This document shows, one piece after another, positions 27,761 through 39,277 of a DNA stretch of 59,667 nt (its first letter is position 1; the number at the start of each line of letters is the position of its first letter). Position numbers and translations under genes: made by a program. Origin of the DNA: Octopus sinensis (taxonomy: Eukaryota); the NCBI RefSeq assembly GCF_006345805.1, contig NW_021832999.1, forward strand, positions 1 through 59,667, in the 5' to 3' direction. The notes under the pieces were generated by a model. It worked only from the letters and a program-made list of their open reading frames with translations, had not been told where the DNA came from and did no database searches.

Positions 27761-28198
27761 TTGATGTTTCAATCATTGACTGGCATCTATCGTGGGGCGC
27801 CGCCTTGATCGGTTTATTCGAACCAATCAGCGTCAGTCACTTATGGTTCAAGTGAGTCAAATATATTCAGCATGCTGCGATAAACGAAGGAACTGAAAAA
27901 GCCTCCAAGACTAAGATACCAAGACGGCGTGGATGCAAATAACAGAGACGTCTCGACCACAAGTCATAACGATGCAGTAGAAGTAAAATAAACAGAAGAA
28001 CCGAAAGACAAATTGTAAAGTTGAGAGTAAATAATTAAGAAGTGACAGACATAAGATGTGTCTCGAGGCAGAACGAAAGAAGAGATCTTTCACAGCTTGA
28101 GATGAAATATAAAACTACTAGAGCCAGATTAGACGACGCAAAAAGACGAACATTAAATAGCTGTATAGAATTTAGAATGTAATATTGCACTTGGGAAA

Positions 28199-28760
28199 GG
28201 CGATGACATGGCAGAAACGTTAGCACACCGGATGAAATGCCTAGCGGTATTTCGTCTGCCGTTATGTTGTGAGTTCAAATTCCGCCGAGGTCGACTTTGC
28301 CTTTCATCCTTTCGGGGTCGATAAATTAAGTACCAATTAAGCACTGGGATCGATGTAATCGATTTAATCCCTTTGTCCTTGTGTGTCCCCTCTATGTTTA
28401 GCCCCTTGAGGGCAATAAAGAAATAATAAACGTTAGCACACCGGGCGAAATGCTTAGTGGTATTTCGTCTGCCGTTACGTTCTGAGTTCAAATTTCGTCG
28501 AGGTCGACTTTGCTTTTCATCCCTTCGGGGTCGATAAATTAAGTACCAGTTACGCACTGGGGTCGATATAATCGACTTAATCCGTTTGTCTGTTCTTGTT
28601 TGTCCTCTCTGTGTTTAGCCCCTTGTGGGTAGTAAATAAATAGATATTTCGTCTGTCTTTGCGTTCTGAGTTCAAATTCCACCGAGGTCGACTTTGACTT
28701 TCATCGATCTAATCGACTGGCCCCCTCCCTCAAAATTTCAGGCCTAGAGTAGAAATGAAT
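28199..28760 (+). mobile_element. SINE family B trimer (B2, B2, B1 tails; second and third units 5'-truncated)
   Basis: Three ttcaaatt..gaggtcgacttt units near 28275, 28487 and 28673. Confidence 0.85.
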
Positions 28761-29669
28761 ATTGCACTCGAGAGTGAAAGAAGTAAAATATTGCTACTCC
28801 GTTCATAAATTCATTAAAAAAAAAACGTAAACACATTTAAAAGTACTGATGCTTATTATAAATAAAGACCAAATACAATAAAATGTGTTAATTTAAAAAT
28901 ATTATGGAAAAAATTACGCGTGAAAAAATATTGATTTCAAACTTAAGCACAAGACCAGCAATAACGGAATGCCTTTAATTGCCTAAAAGTGTTTCATCTT
29001 TCTTTATGTGAGTCGTGTCCCGATGTATATTTTATTGTGTCTGGCGAGAGTCATCGTCTTCTAGTGCCTTATTATTTAACAAAATCACCGTTAAAGTTTC
29101 TACTCATTTACTTATTTATTTTCCTAAACTTTTCGTTGCAGCTTGTAAACTTTTCAATCGTGGTTCACTCTGTCATGGTATTCTCCATAAAGAAATTTTG
29201 TCTGTAAGAAAGAAGTACTTTTCACATAAAGGATCCTGCTTCGAAGACTAAGAAAACTAATATTGTACTGTTCAATTTTGTCCCAAACAAGGCTTAATGG
29301 CATTGTAGGGTAAGGAACTATAAAGAAAGAAAAGAAAGGCGTTAAAGACCCTAAAAATGTCTATGATTGATAGTTTAGGGTACTGTAGAGAAGAAGAAAA
29401 TATGATGATGATAATGCGTTATTGGGAACAGTAGTTCGAGGAATCAAGATACAAGAATGAAATGACTTCTGATTAACAGGACGCTCAAGAGAGGAAAGAC
29501 GCGCCTCGTAAGAGAAGCGGTTGACACGTTTAAATGTCTTGGCAGAAGGTTCTAGTGAAGTTAGCCAGGGTAAAAAACACGAAATATTTGTAGAAAAGAC
29601 AACGCAGATGGATTTTGTTAACGCACCAAAGACTCCAGCCTGTTTGAAAGAAGAGGACCCCATGATATC

Positions 29670-30430
29670 AGTTTTAAATTTTGGCACCAGGACAGCAATT
29701 TTGTGGGAGGGGTTATGTCGATTATATTGACCCCAGTGCTCGGCTGGTACTTATTTTATCTAAATCGAAAGGATGAAAAGTAAAGTCTACCTCGGCGGAA
29801 CTGGAACTCAGAGCGTAAAGGCGATAGAAATGTCACTATTTTGTCCGGAGTGCTAAAGATTCTGCCAGATGGCCCCCTTACAAGACTCCTAATATTAGCT
29901 TCAAACTTTGGCACAGAGCCAGGAATTTTAGGGCAGAACTTAAGTCGATTACATCAACCCACTAGTGCTTCGCTAATGTTTATTTAATCGACCAGGAAAG
30001 GATGAAAGGTAAAGTAGACGTCTGCGGAATTTCAACTCAGAACGTAAAGACGGACAAAATGCCGCCAAGCTAACGATTCTGCCAACTCACAGCCTTCCTA
30101 GACCCTAAATTTGTGGGGAGGGGGCCCGTCGATTAGATCGACCCCAGTATGCAACTGATACTTAATTTATCGACCACGAAAGGATGAAAGGCAAAGTCGA
30201 CCTCTGCGGAATTTGAACTCAGAACGTAAAAACTGACGAACTGCTCACCACTCAATATTTATTTCTCTTGTCTACTCTAGGCACAAGGCTCGGAATATTT
30301 GGAAAGGGGGCTAGTCGATTAAATCGACCCCAGTACGCAACTGGTACTTAATTTATCGACCCTGAAAGGATGAAAGGCAAAATCGATCTCGGCGGAATTT
30401 GAACTCAGAACGTAAAGACAGACGAAATGC
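29670..30430 (-). mobile_element. Tandem array of four SINE family B copies
   Basis: gaaaggatgaaa..aaagt..acct..gcggaa motif repeated near 29770, 29995, 30180 and 30365. Confidence 0.85.
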
Positions 30431-30778
30431 AAAATTTTAACTTGACATTATTGAATGATACAAGTGCCTCCTGCTATCAGTAAAGCCACTGTTATCAATA
30501 TTATTTAAACTTGAAACCACCGCCAATGTACACTGGCGGCTGATAGTAATGAAGCTCAATAGTTCATAGTCGTCACCTATATTGACATCTACCACTTAAA
30601 ACAGAATTTATCTTATCGTTACTGCTTTCAGCAATTAAACTTAGCAACAAGGTAGATGCTCTAGAGTGAAAAGATGAGAGGGAAACCGTCATAAATTGCA
30701 AGGATTAAATGAAGATAAGAGCCCTGTTTAAGATAGGACTTTAACTTTTGTGTCGAGACCACAGAAGCGATTAAAGTA

Positions 30779-30813
<35 letters not shown>

Positions 30814-31216
30814 CCAACTTTCTCATCTATATATATATATATATATATATATAGTTTAAGTAAAGAAGTCTAGGCATTAGAAGATTAGTTGTATTGAACT
30901 AAGTAGTGCTAATAGTTTTCAGAGAAGGAACAAAGGTTCCTCGTTACACCAGGTTGTCAACTTTTTTTTTTTAGATTTTAGAGTGCTTGTAAACTACACA
31001 AGTGTTTATCTAAGCGTAAAGTTTCAAATAACAGGCTAGAGGTTTTGTTGTGTTATTTATGATAGCTTATCGCAAGCATAAGTTTAATTTATATGATGAT
31101 CGCATTCCGAACAGGTAGCTTCGGGTTCTCTCCTACTGTGTGGCGGCAACATGGAGGAGACGAATGTATTGTAAGTGAATTTAGTTTACGAAAACTGCGT
31201 GGGAGCCAGACAAATA

Positions 31217-31265
<49 letters not shown>

Positions 31266-31284
31266 GTATATTATTTATAATATA

Positions 31285-31748
31285 TTAGGGAGTTAATGCA
31301 AACTTACAGGGAAAAATTAGATTTAGGATTAATCTAATTTTATAGTATAAATATGTATTATATTAAATTAGAGATAAAACCACTATTAGGCAAATCAAAC
31401 AGTGAAAATCATAAGCCAATACATAGAAATAACATTAATTAAAAATATATAAAAAATAAAAATATAAAATATAAAAATCCAATTAAAATTAAAGTTAAAA
31501 TTTTAAAAAATTATTTAAATTAAACTTATAAATTATAAATATATATATAAATATATATATAATAAAAATATATTATAAATAAATAATAATAAAAATATAT
31601 ATATTTATAATTAATAAGTTGAATTTAAATAATTTTTTAGAATTTTAACTTCAATTTTAATTGGATTTTTATATTTTATATTTTTTATATATATTTTAAT
31701 TAATTTTATTTCTATGTATTGGCTTATGATTATCTCTAATTTAATATA

Positions 31749-31750
<2 letters not shown>
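31285..31750. repeat. Extremely AT-rich palindrome, PLE-terminus-like, related to 34590-35015
   Basis: 31357-31548 pairs with about 31596-31750 (right arm has a ~30-bp deletion). 31285-31390 is the reverse complement of about 34905-35015. Confidence 0.8.
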
Positions 31751-31821
<71 letters not shown>

Positions 31822-31950
31822 GTAATATATATAGACACCTATGCATGTGTGTGTGAGTAAGTATATACGCTAATCGGTCGACTATCGCGAGTTCCAAAAA
31901 ATCCCCCGCAATAGTGAACTGCCTTATGGGGGGGATTACTCTGTGTTGTG

Positions 31951-31984
<34 letters not shown>

Positions 31985-31997
31985 TAAATATATATAT

Positions 31998-33266
31998 CAT
32001 CATCATCATCGTCACCACCGTTTAACGTCGACTTTCAATGCTAGCATGGGTTGGACGATTTGGCTGAGGATTGGCGAACCAGATCGCTGCACCAATCTGA
32101 TCTGGAAGAGATTCTACAGCTGGATGCCCTTCCTAATGCCCACCACTCCGAGAGTGTAGTGGGTGATTTTAGGTGCCACCGGCACGACGGCAAGTCAGGC
32201 GTTACTGGAAACGGCCACGCTCAAATGTTGTTTTTTAGGTGCCACCTGCACAGGAGCCAGTCCTGTGCACTGGCAACGAACCGCTCGAATGTTTTTTCAC
32301 GTGCCACCGGCACAAGTGCCAGTCAGCTGGTCTGGAAACGATCACGCTCGGATGGTGCTCTTAGCGCCCCATCAGCACGGATGGCAGTCATCGAATTTGA
32401 TTTCGATTTCACTTGGCTCAACATGTCTTCGCAAGCAGAGTTTAAGGTGTAATGAAGGAAAAGTACACATAAGTGGGCTGGTTACACCTCTGGACATAGG
32501 CCACGGGTTATGATCTCACTTGGCTTGCCGGGTCTTCTCAGCACAGCATATTTCAAAAGGTCTCGCTCACTAGTCATTGCCTCAGTGAGGCCTAATGTTC
32601 GAAGGTCGTGCTTCTCCACCTCATCCCAAGTCTTCGTACAACCGCTAGGGTGTGACACTTTTTCACACAGCTATTCTCATCCTTTCTCGCCACATGACCA
32701 TACTAGCAAACCACATCTAATGCTTCTTAGGTCCAACTTTTCTCTCAAAGTACTTACGTTCTGTGGAGTATGCACACTGACATTACACATCCATCGGAGC
32801 TTACTGGCTTCTTTCCTTGCGAGCTTATGCATGTCCTCAGCAGTCACGGCCCATGTTTCACAGCCATGTAGCATGGCTGTTCGTACACATGCGTCATACA
32901 GTCTACCTTTTACTCTGAGCGTGAGGCCCTTTGTCACCAGCAGAGGTAAGAGCTCTCTGAACTTTGCCCAGGTTATTCTTATTCTAGCAGCTACACTTTC
33001 AGCGCCACCCCCTACAGACTTGGTCACCTAGGTAACGGAAGCTATCAACCACTTCTAGTATTTCTCACTAGAATGTGGCGGAAGTTGTTCTCTCCACATT
33101 TTCAGTCTTTATAACTCCTGAGCATCTGCCACATACGAAAACTATCCTCCCAGTAGCCTTCCTTTGATATTGTTGCACCTCTTATGTGTCCATAGCTTAC
33201 ACTGGGCACAACTTGTAGAGCCTCTAGTCTCTAGCTACGCCTCTTTTACAGATTGAGTAGGGTCAT
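31998..33266 (-). mobile_element. RTE-clade LINE, 5'-truncated, with Cys/His finger insert and (ATG)n tail
   Basis: ORF 32677-33027 reads ARIRITWAKFRELLPLL..KGL.LRVKGRLYDACVRTAMLHGCETW. Upstream is SICKRGV..C..CKLWTHKRC..IKG..VFVCGRC. The 3' UTR motif ggatgcccttcctaatgcc and a (cat)n tail lie at 31998. Confidence 0.9.
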
Positions 33267-33284
33267 ATATATATATATATATAA

Positions 33285-33324
<40 letters not shown>

Positions 33325-34541
33325 CATACAACAGGAGAAAATATATTTGTCTCTTTTTATAGAAACAAAAGGCTTTATAGGACTGCAAAAAGAATGCTCA
33401 AATATAAATGAGATGAAGATAAAGAAGCATTGGTTATAGAACGACCATTAAATTTGGGTCAACGGCTTTATACACAACACAACCTCTCAAACATTTAATC
33501 ATATATAAAAATCACCATGGTTCCCAAAGATATAAAATATCATACATACACATAAAATCACAGAAAGTAAAAATATATAATCCAACAAAATACAAATAGA
33601 ACGGCCTATCAAAAATTGTTAAACATACACGACTAAAATTTCTAAAACTACCCAAAAACTTTTATATATATATATATATAATTTAGAAATATTGCATTTC
33701 TAATTCTCTCAATGACAGTTATGCATAAGCAGCACGATAAAGTGATGGTTTGTTGCCAATTTAATGCGGCAGCCCCAGGAAAGGGAAGAATGATACTGCT
33801 ATTTACCCACAAGAAATAACCGTTTCTAGTTTGCTACGTGACACAATCGTTCTGTGTCCTTGAAAACTTAAGGACACAGAACTCTTGAGTGACACACACA
33901 CACACGCACATATGTAATGTATATATATATATATATAATATATATTATATATATATAATATATATATATATATATAAGGTATGAAAGTGGTCATCAAATG
34001 CTTTCTCTTTTGCAGTGAATTTACCTTACAGCTGTTTCCAGTAGGAAAAATTAATTAGCCATTTTAATATTCTCAGTCTTTTAGTTTTTATCATTCACTT
34101 GTTTCAGCAATTAGACACCGACCATTCTGGAGCACGGCCATGAAGAACTTATATGAAGAACTGCTATATTTATTCTGTCAGTCTCAATTAAGCGAACCTC
34201 TACATTACTTAGATAGGTTTACTCAGTCGGTTCATTGATCAGTTGAGCAAAAGTGAACGACCTAAAAATGTTAATACCACGTTCGTCACTCATTTCTACA
34301 CCGCTTTTTTATAACTAGAAATGACTGCAGCCTCAAATTTTTGAGGTCACACAATTTCTTTCAAACAATCAATGGACCGATTTAGTAAGATTACGTAACT
34401 GAGTAAACACATGAAATGATTATTATTCATATCTTGTCTTGTGAAGTACTATAACCTCGGATTCTGTCAAAAGAATACTCGGAGTTCTTTACTAATCGAA
34501 ATAATATTGTTAGCCTGGTTTACTAACAGAGAGCTTATAAA

Positions 34542-34596
<55 letters not shown>

Positions 34597-34681
34597 TTAG
34601 AGACAAAACCACTATTTTGCAAAACAAACAAGGAAAGACTTAATCAATACATAAAATTTAATAAAAAGTAAAAAAAAACCG

Positions 34682-34723
34682 CCCTACAATGTTTTCATGT
34701 CCTGATCGACAATCTTCAGGTGG
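34682..34723 (-). ncRNA. Mirror hammerhead motif on the left arm (stems I and III mutated)
   Basis: Minus strand reads CCAC-CTGAAGA-TTGTCGATCAGGACAT-GAAA-ACATTG-TA-GGGC. Confidence 0.6.
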
Positions 34724-34797
34724 ATTTCCATTTCCATTTTTCAGTCAGATTCAAATTTGAAATTTGATAATTTGAAACTGACTTGAAAATTGGAAAT

Positions 34798-34840
34798 CCA
34801 CCTGAAGATTGTCGATCAGGACATGAAACAATTGTAGTGG
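34798..34840 (+). ncRNA. Minimal type I hammerhead ribozyme motif
   Basis: CCAC-CTGAAGA-T-TGTC-gatcag-GACA-T-GAAA-CAATTG-TA-GTGG: 4-bp stem I, stem II closed by U.U, palindromic stem III and a GUA site. Confidence 0.75.
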
Positions 34841-35020
34841 CGGTTTTTTTAACTTTTTATTAAAATTTTATGTATTGATTAAGTCTTTCCTTGTTTGTTT
34901 TGCGAAATAGTGGTTTTGTCTCTAATTAATATTATATAATATTTTACTATAAAATTGGATTTAATCCTAAATCTGATTTTTTTCCCTGTAAATTTGGATT
35001 TATTCCCTAATATTTATTAT

Positions 35021-35059
<39 letters not shown>

Positions 35060-35111
35060 AGTAAAGATATTTGCTAATGCAACGTGGCCGTCCTACACAG
35101 GACGATATTGG

Positions 35112-35465
35112 TATTGGTTTGTCAACTAAATTCCCGCATTTTTTTTAAATTTTGGAAATTATTGCGTTTTTAATTTTTTTTTTTTTTTCGTGAATTCTGT
35201 TTTAGATCAATTTGGAATATTTTTTCTTTCTCGCTAGTTAATTTTAGTTAACTTTTTGTTTATTTTCAGGTCATGAAAATGGAATGTCAAGTTAAGAAAA
35301 ACGAGCATTTTCCACACCTCATTCATTTTGCTTGTAATCAAGGTCCTAAGGCCGCAAAAGCTGGTTGTGATATTTGTGTTGTGTATGGAGAGGGTGCCAT
35401 AGCTGAAAGAACCGCTCATGATTAGTATGCCAAGTTCAAAAATGGAAATTTTGACCTCAAAGACG
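35112..35465 (+). mobile_element. Mariner 5' fragment (TIR plus N-terminal HTH region)
   Basis: TIR-like tattggtttgtcaactaaattcccg; ATG at 35279 starts MECQVKKNEHFPHLIHFACNQGPKAAKAGCDICVVYGEGAIAERTAHD*YAKFKNGNFDLKD. Confidence 0.85.
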
Positions 35466-35612
35466 TACTTCAACGGCTAAAGATAACAAATGCCAAAGCA
35501 ACGTGGCCGTCCTACTCAGGACTATGTTACTACCTAGGGAACACGCACACACACACACACACGTATATATATATATATATATGATATTATATTACGCTAT
35601 ATCATGTACATA

Positions 35613-35659
<47 letters not shown>

Positions 35660-35683
35660 TATATATATATATATATAATATAT

Positions 35684-35899
35684 ATGACGTCCCGTTCTGC
35701 TTGACTAAGCCACCTAACGAAACGATTGGTCAAAACAGGATACAGACAAGGAGCAGATCTAATACAGCTATAGGTAGGGATTGGTCAGAATATTGATGAC
35801 GTCCCGTTCAGCTTGACTAAGCCACCTAACGAAACGATTGGTCAAAACGTTGATGACGTCACGTTACGCTGGACTGGCCACCTAACAGGTGATATAAAA
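35684..35899 (+). promoter_or_regulatory. LTR/pLTR-like Pol II promoter motif cluster built from ~53-bp direct repeats
   Basis: Repeats at 35684-35736 and 35796-35848, partial at 35853-35886; ATTGG (reverse CCAAT) at 35725, 35780 and 35837; TGACGTCA at 35854-35861; TATAAAA at 35893-35899. Confidence 0.5.
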
Positions 35900-36223
35900 C
35901 CCAAACACACAAGGTTCGCCAGAACTATCCAGCGAACACCGACCAAAAGTCATCACAGTTACACAAGGTAAAATCTAAAATGAATTCCTCGCTCTTTCAG
36001 GAACATCAATTTTTTATATTGACTGCATATCACCACTTTGATCTATTTTTTATATTGAATGCATATCACCACTATGAACCACTGCATCATACTCTCTAAA
36101 CATATAGCATGAACGAACTCATTTCACTATATATGAACTTTTGATGTCTGACTCTATTGTATATTATAAATGAATTTTTTATGTTTGATAGCATGAACTA
36201 TCTTTTTTTATATATAACTTTTT

Positions 36224-36258
36224 TTGATAAGGTTCATTTTAAGAACCGAAACATGTTA
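36224..36258 (+). ncRNA. Degenerate or variant hammerhead motif (core TTGATAA)
   Basis: TTGATAA-GGTTC-attttaa-GAACC-GAAA-CATG-TT: perfect 5-bp stem II and palindromic ACATGT stem III; stem I is poor. Confidence 0.55.
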
Positions 36259-37150
36259 TAATGTATATATAAAAATTAAAAATTTGTCTAATATAGCAGC
36301 ATTTTTGAACTTCATTTTTTACAAATATATATATATATATAAATCATTAGGTAAATATATTCAATAAGAATATTATATACTGAATTTATATTAAGTGCTC
36401 CATTGTATAAATAATATTAATACTATTAAAGTATTTATATATTTAATATGGGCGATATATACATATATTTTTAATAATATATTATTATTATTAATATAAG
36501 GAAGTCAATATCGAATTTTTCACAAATATATACCCATATGAAAGACTTTATGTATTAAATATATATAAATAAATATCAAAAATATAAATATCCTCTATAA
36601 AATAAATTTGAAAAATTAAAAAGTTTTGAATTGAGTTCTTAAGCATCTTTCGATCGTTTCGCAAAAAGGGTTGTCCCTATAATGAAGTCCTATATTGATA
36701 AGCACTTACAGACAACCCTTCTGCTCTTCAGAGATATAAAATATGAATATTGAATAATGTATCGAATGATATTCTTTTAAAAATTTGAATTAAAATTGTA
36801 AAATGGTGTTTGTAGAAAGATGTTTGTAAAATAGTGTTTTTTTGAAATGTAAAATAAAAATTAAAAATTACTACATTTGATGAGAATCCATATCTATTTC
36901 TTTGATTATTCTGCTGAAATAATCTATAATATTCATATTCAGAATCCGTCATATTATCTTGCCTTCTAGTATAGTTCATGTAGTTAGTTTAGAAATGTGA
37001 AAATTGTAAATACTTTGATATGAAAGTCTTGAAATTCGTATGTCTTCTTGGTAATTCCTCTATAGCAATCCATGACACTTTTGTCTTGGTAAATCTTCTA
37101 TAGCAATCCAAAATATTTTTGTATGAAATTCATTATATTATCCGGTAATC

Positions 37151-37210
<60 letters not shown>

Positions 37211-37829
37211 ATGTGTGTGTGTGCAACAGGGTTCCACATACATTGAGTTTTACCAATTCACAGAAAGGTAGTAGAAGACACGTACCCAAGGTGCCGCGCA
37301 GGGGGACTGCACCCGTTGTTACGTATTTGTTATCTTAAGCATCTTAACCACACGGCCATACCTGCACGTATACCTCCTATTTCATCCTTTGTTTCTCTTT
37401 CTTGAACGACAATCGTCAATTCTAGACAATCTTTTCAAGTAAGTCTTGTAGTCGCTTGTTTTGCAGTTTTCTACAATACGTACGGATCCACTCGGTTAAT
37501 CGTTCATTCAACTGGAATCGTTATTCATGCAGTGTTTAGAAAATTCTTTCTGAATAACATATTCACTCATGCAACAGTTTTAGAAAAATTCATTCGTTTG
37601 GAAGACTTGTAAATATTGAATGAATTTTCGCTTGTTTCCTAAACTAAAAGAGTCCAGTAATATTTTAGTCACTACTTTGTATTTTACAGCAAGGAAAAGA
37701 AACAACATTTATTCACAACAACGCAACATTATAACTTTAACTAATGAAAACATGGCAACGGCTAAAATTTCAAAGAAATAAAGTGTTCTCCGTTTTCTGT
37801 ACATTCTTAACATATTTAATAAATTACTT

Positions 37830-38250
37830 TCGATACGTAGCTGTGTGGTAAGAAGTTTGAGCCATACCCACATGATTCCGCGTTCAGGCCCACTGTGTGT
37901 CATATTGGGCAAGTGTCTTATATTATATCTTTGGGCCGACTAAAGTCTCACAACTGGATTTGATAAAAAGAAACTGAAAGCAGCCCGTCGTATATGTGGT
38001 GTGTGTGGGTGTGGGTGCGTTTATGTATATGTTTGTTTTTGTATATGTGCTTGTCCCCCACCACGAGTCGTCAACCGATGTTGTTGTTTTTACATCAAAG
38101 TAACGTAGAGATTCGGTAAAAAGAGACCGACAAAATAAGTACCAGACATATAAACAAAATAAGTACTGGAATCGATTCATTCGACTAAATGTTCTACAAG
38201 ATGGTGCTCCAGCATGGTTGCTGTCTAATGATTGAAACAAGTAAAGGATA
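37830..38250 (+). mobile_element. SINE family A, full-length, diverged
   Basis: gctgtgtggtaag head, ttgggcaagtgtctt CORE-like block and 3' half. Confidence 0.8.
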
Positions 38251-38843
38251 AAATATAAAAACTCAGAAGATTAATATGTCTACTTGCCGTTTTCTGTATG
38301 CTCTTAATATTTTCAATGAATTAGTTCCAGAGGCGTCTGTGATATTGCTTTCTAAAATTAGTACAAACTGCAGAATTTATGGAAGAGGAATCGCCAATCT
38401 AATCGATCCAATTCCCTGATTTGTAATCGTCCTATCGATTTACAATGTTTTAATGCTAAATACAGCCGAATGTGACTGAAAAAAAATAGGCAAGCATTTC
38501 GGCCAGCTGTGAAACAAGACGACCATTTTCAGCCTTTCAACGGTTCATAATTATTGTATTGTACAGATATTTGATATGTAAATGTCAGGATTTTACGAGT
38601 TTGTACAGATATAGAAATTAGCAATATTTGAAGACGACACGAAGTTATTTATTTTTAGATTTATTTGCATCTACTGTGCATGAATTGCGACAACGTAAAT
38701 GACACAAAGCATTTATTATGAAAGTTGTAAATATAAAAAAAATCCTTGTAGGAGGAAATATTTCTAAGATGTCTACGCATATCACCAGTTTGTGTCAATT
38801 AAATGCACACACATACATATGATATAAGTATAACATAGATTGT

Positions 38844-38877
<34 letters not shown>

Positions 38878-38964
38878 ATACATATATAGAGTAGCGAATA
38901 TTCGTTAGAAATATCACCACCAGTGTCCTAGCATGTATAAATAGTCAATAGGCAACATATCTTA

Positions 38965-39212
38965 TTTTAAAAATAGTGTACATTTAAACACAAGAGAAAA
39001 CTTTTCGAAGCAATTTTCGAAGGAAATGAAAGATGAAAAAAATTACCTAGTTAAAAAGAAAAATTACAAGGTAAAAGTTTTTATTTTTCATTTCCTTCGA
39101 AAATTGCTATTAAATTGTGGTTTTGGCAGTTTTGGCTGCTTCTCCTAGCATGTAAAAATTACCCGTTAAAAGGTAGTTTTCTCTTGTGTATAAATGTACA
39201 CTATTTTTAAAA
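38965..39212. mobile_element. MITE-like element with nested inverted repeats
   Basis: Outer IR 38965-39002 / 39175-39212 (38 bp, one mismatch); inner IR 39009-39031 / 39086-39108 (23 bp, perfect). A related diverged fragment lies at about 50990-51125. Confidence 0.75.
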
Positions 39213-39277
39213 TATGTATATATTTATATACACATATATATATCAAATAAAATTAAAAACAGAACACAAAGCATATC

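Larger units (their letters stand above)
34590..35015. mobile_element. Palindromic PLE-terminus-like element (arms 34590-34748 and 34778-34932, unpaired extension to 35015) inserted in (TA)n
   Basis: Arm-to-arm reverse complementarity read directly; each arm carries a hammerhead core. Confidence 0.85.

Noticed and set aside
29361-29730. 108-aa and 69-aa ORFs in non-repetitive sequence
   Set aside because: No recognisable domain or splice context; only a faint, unconvincing resemblance to an RTE C-terminus.
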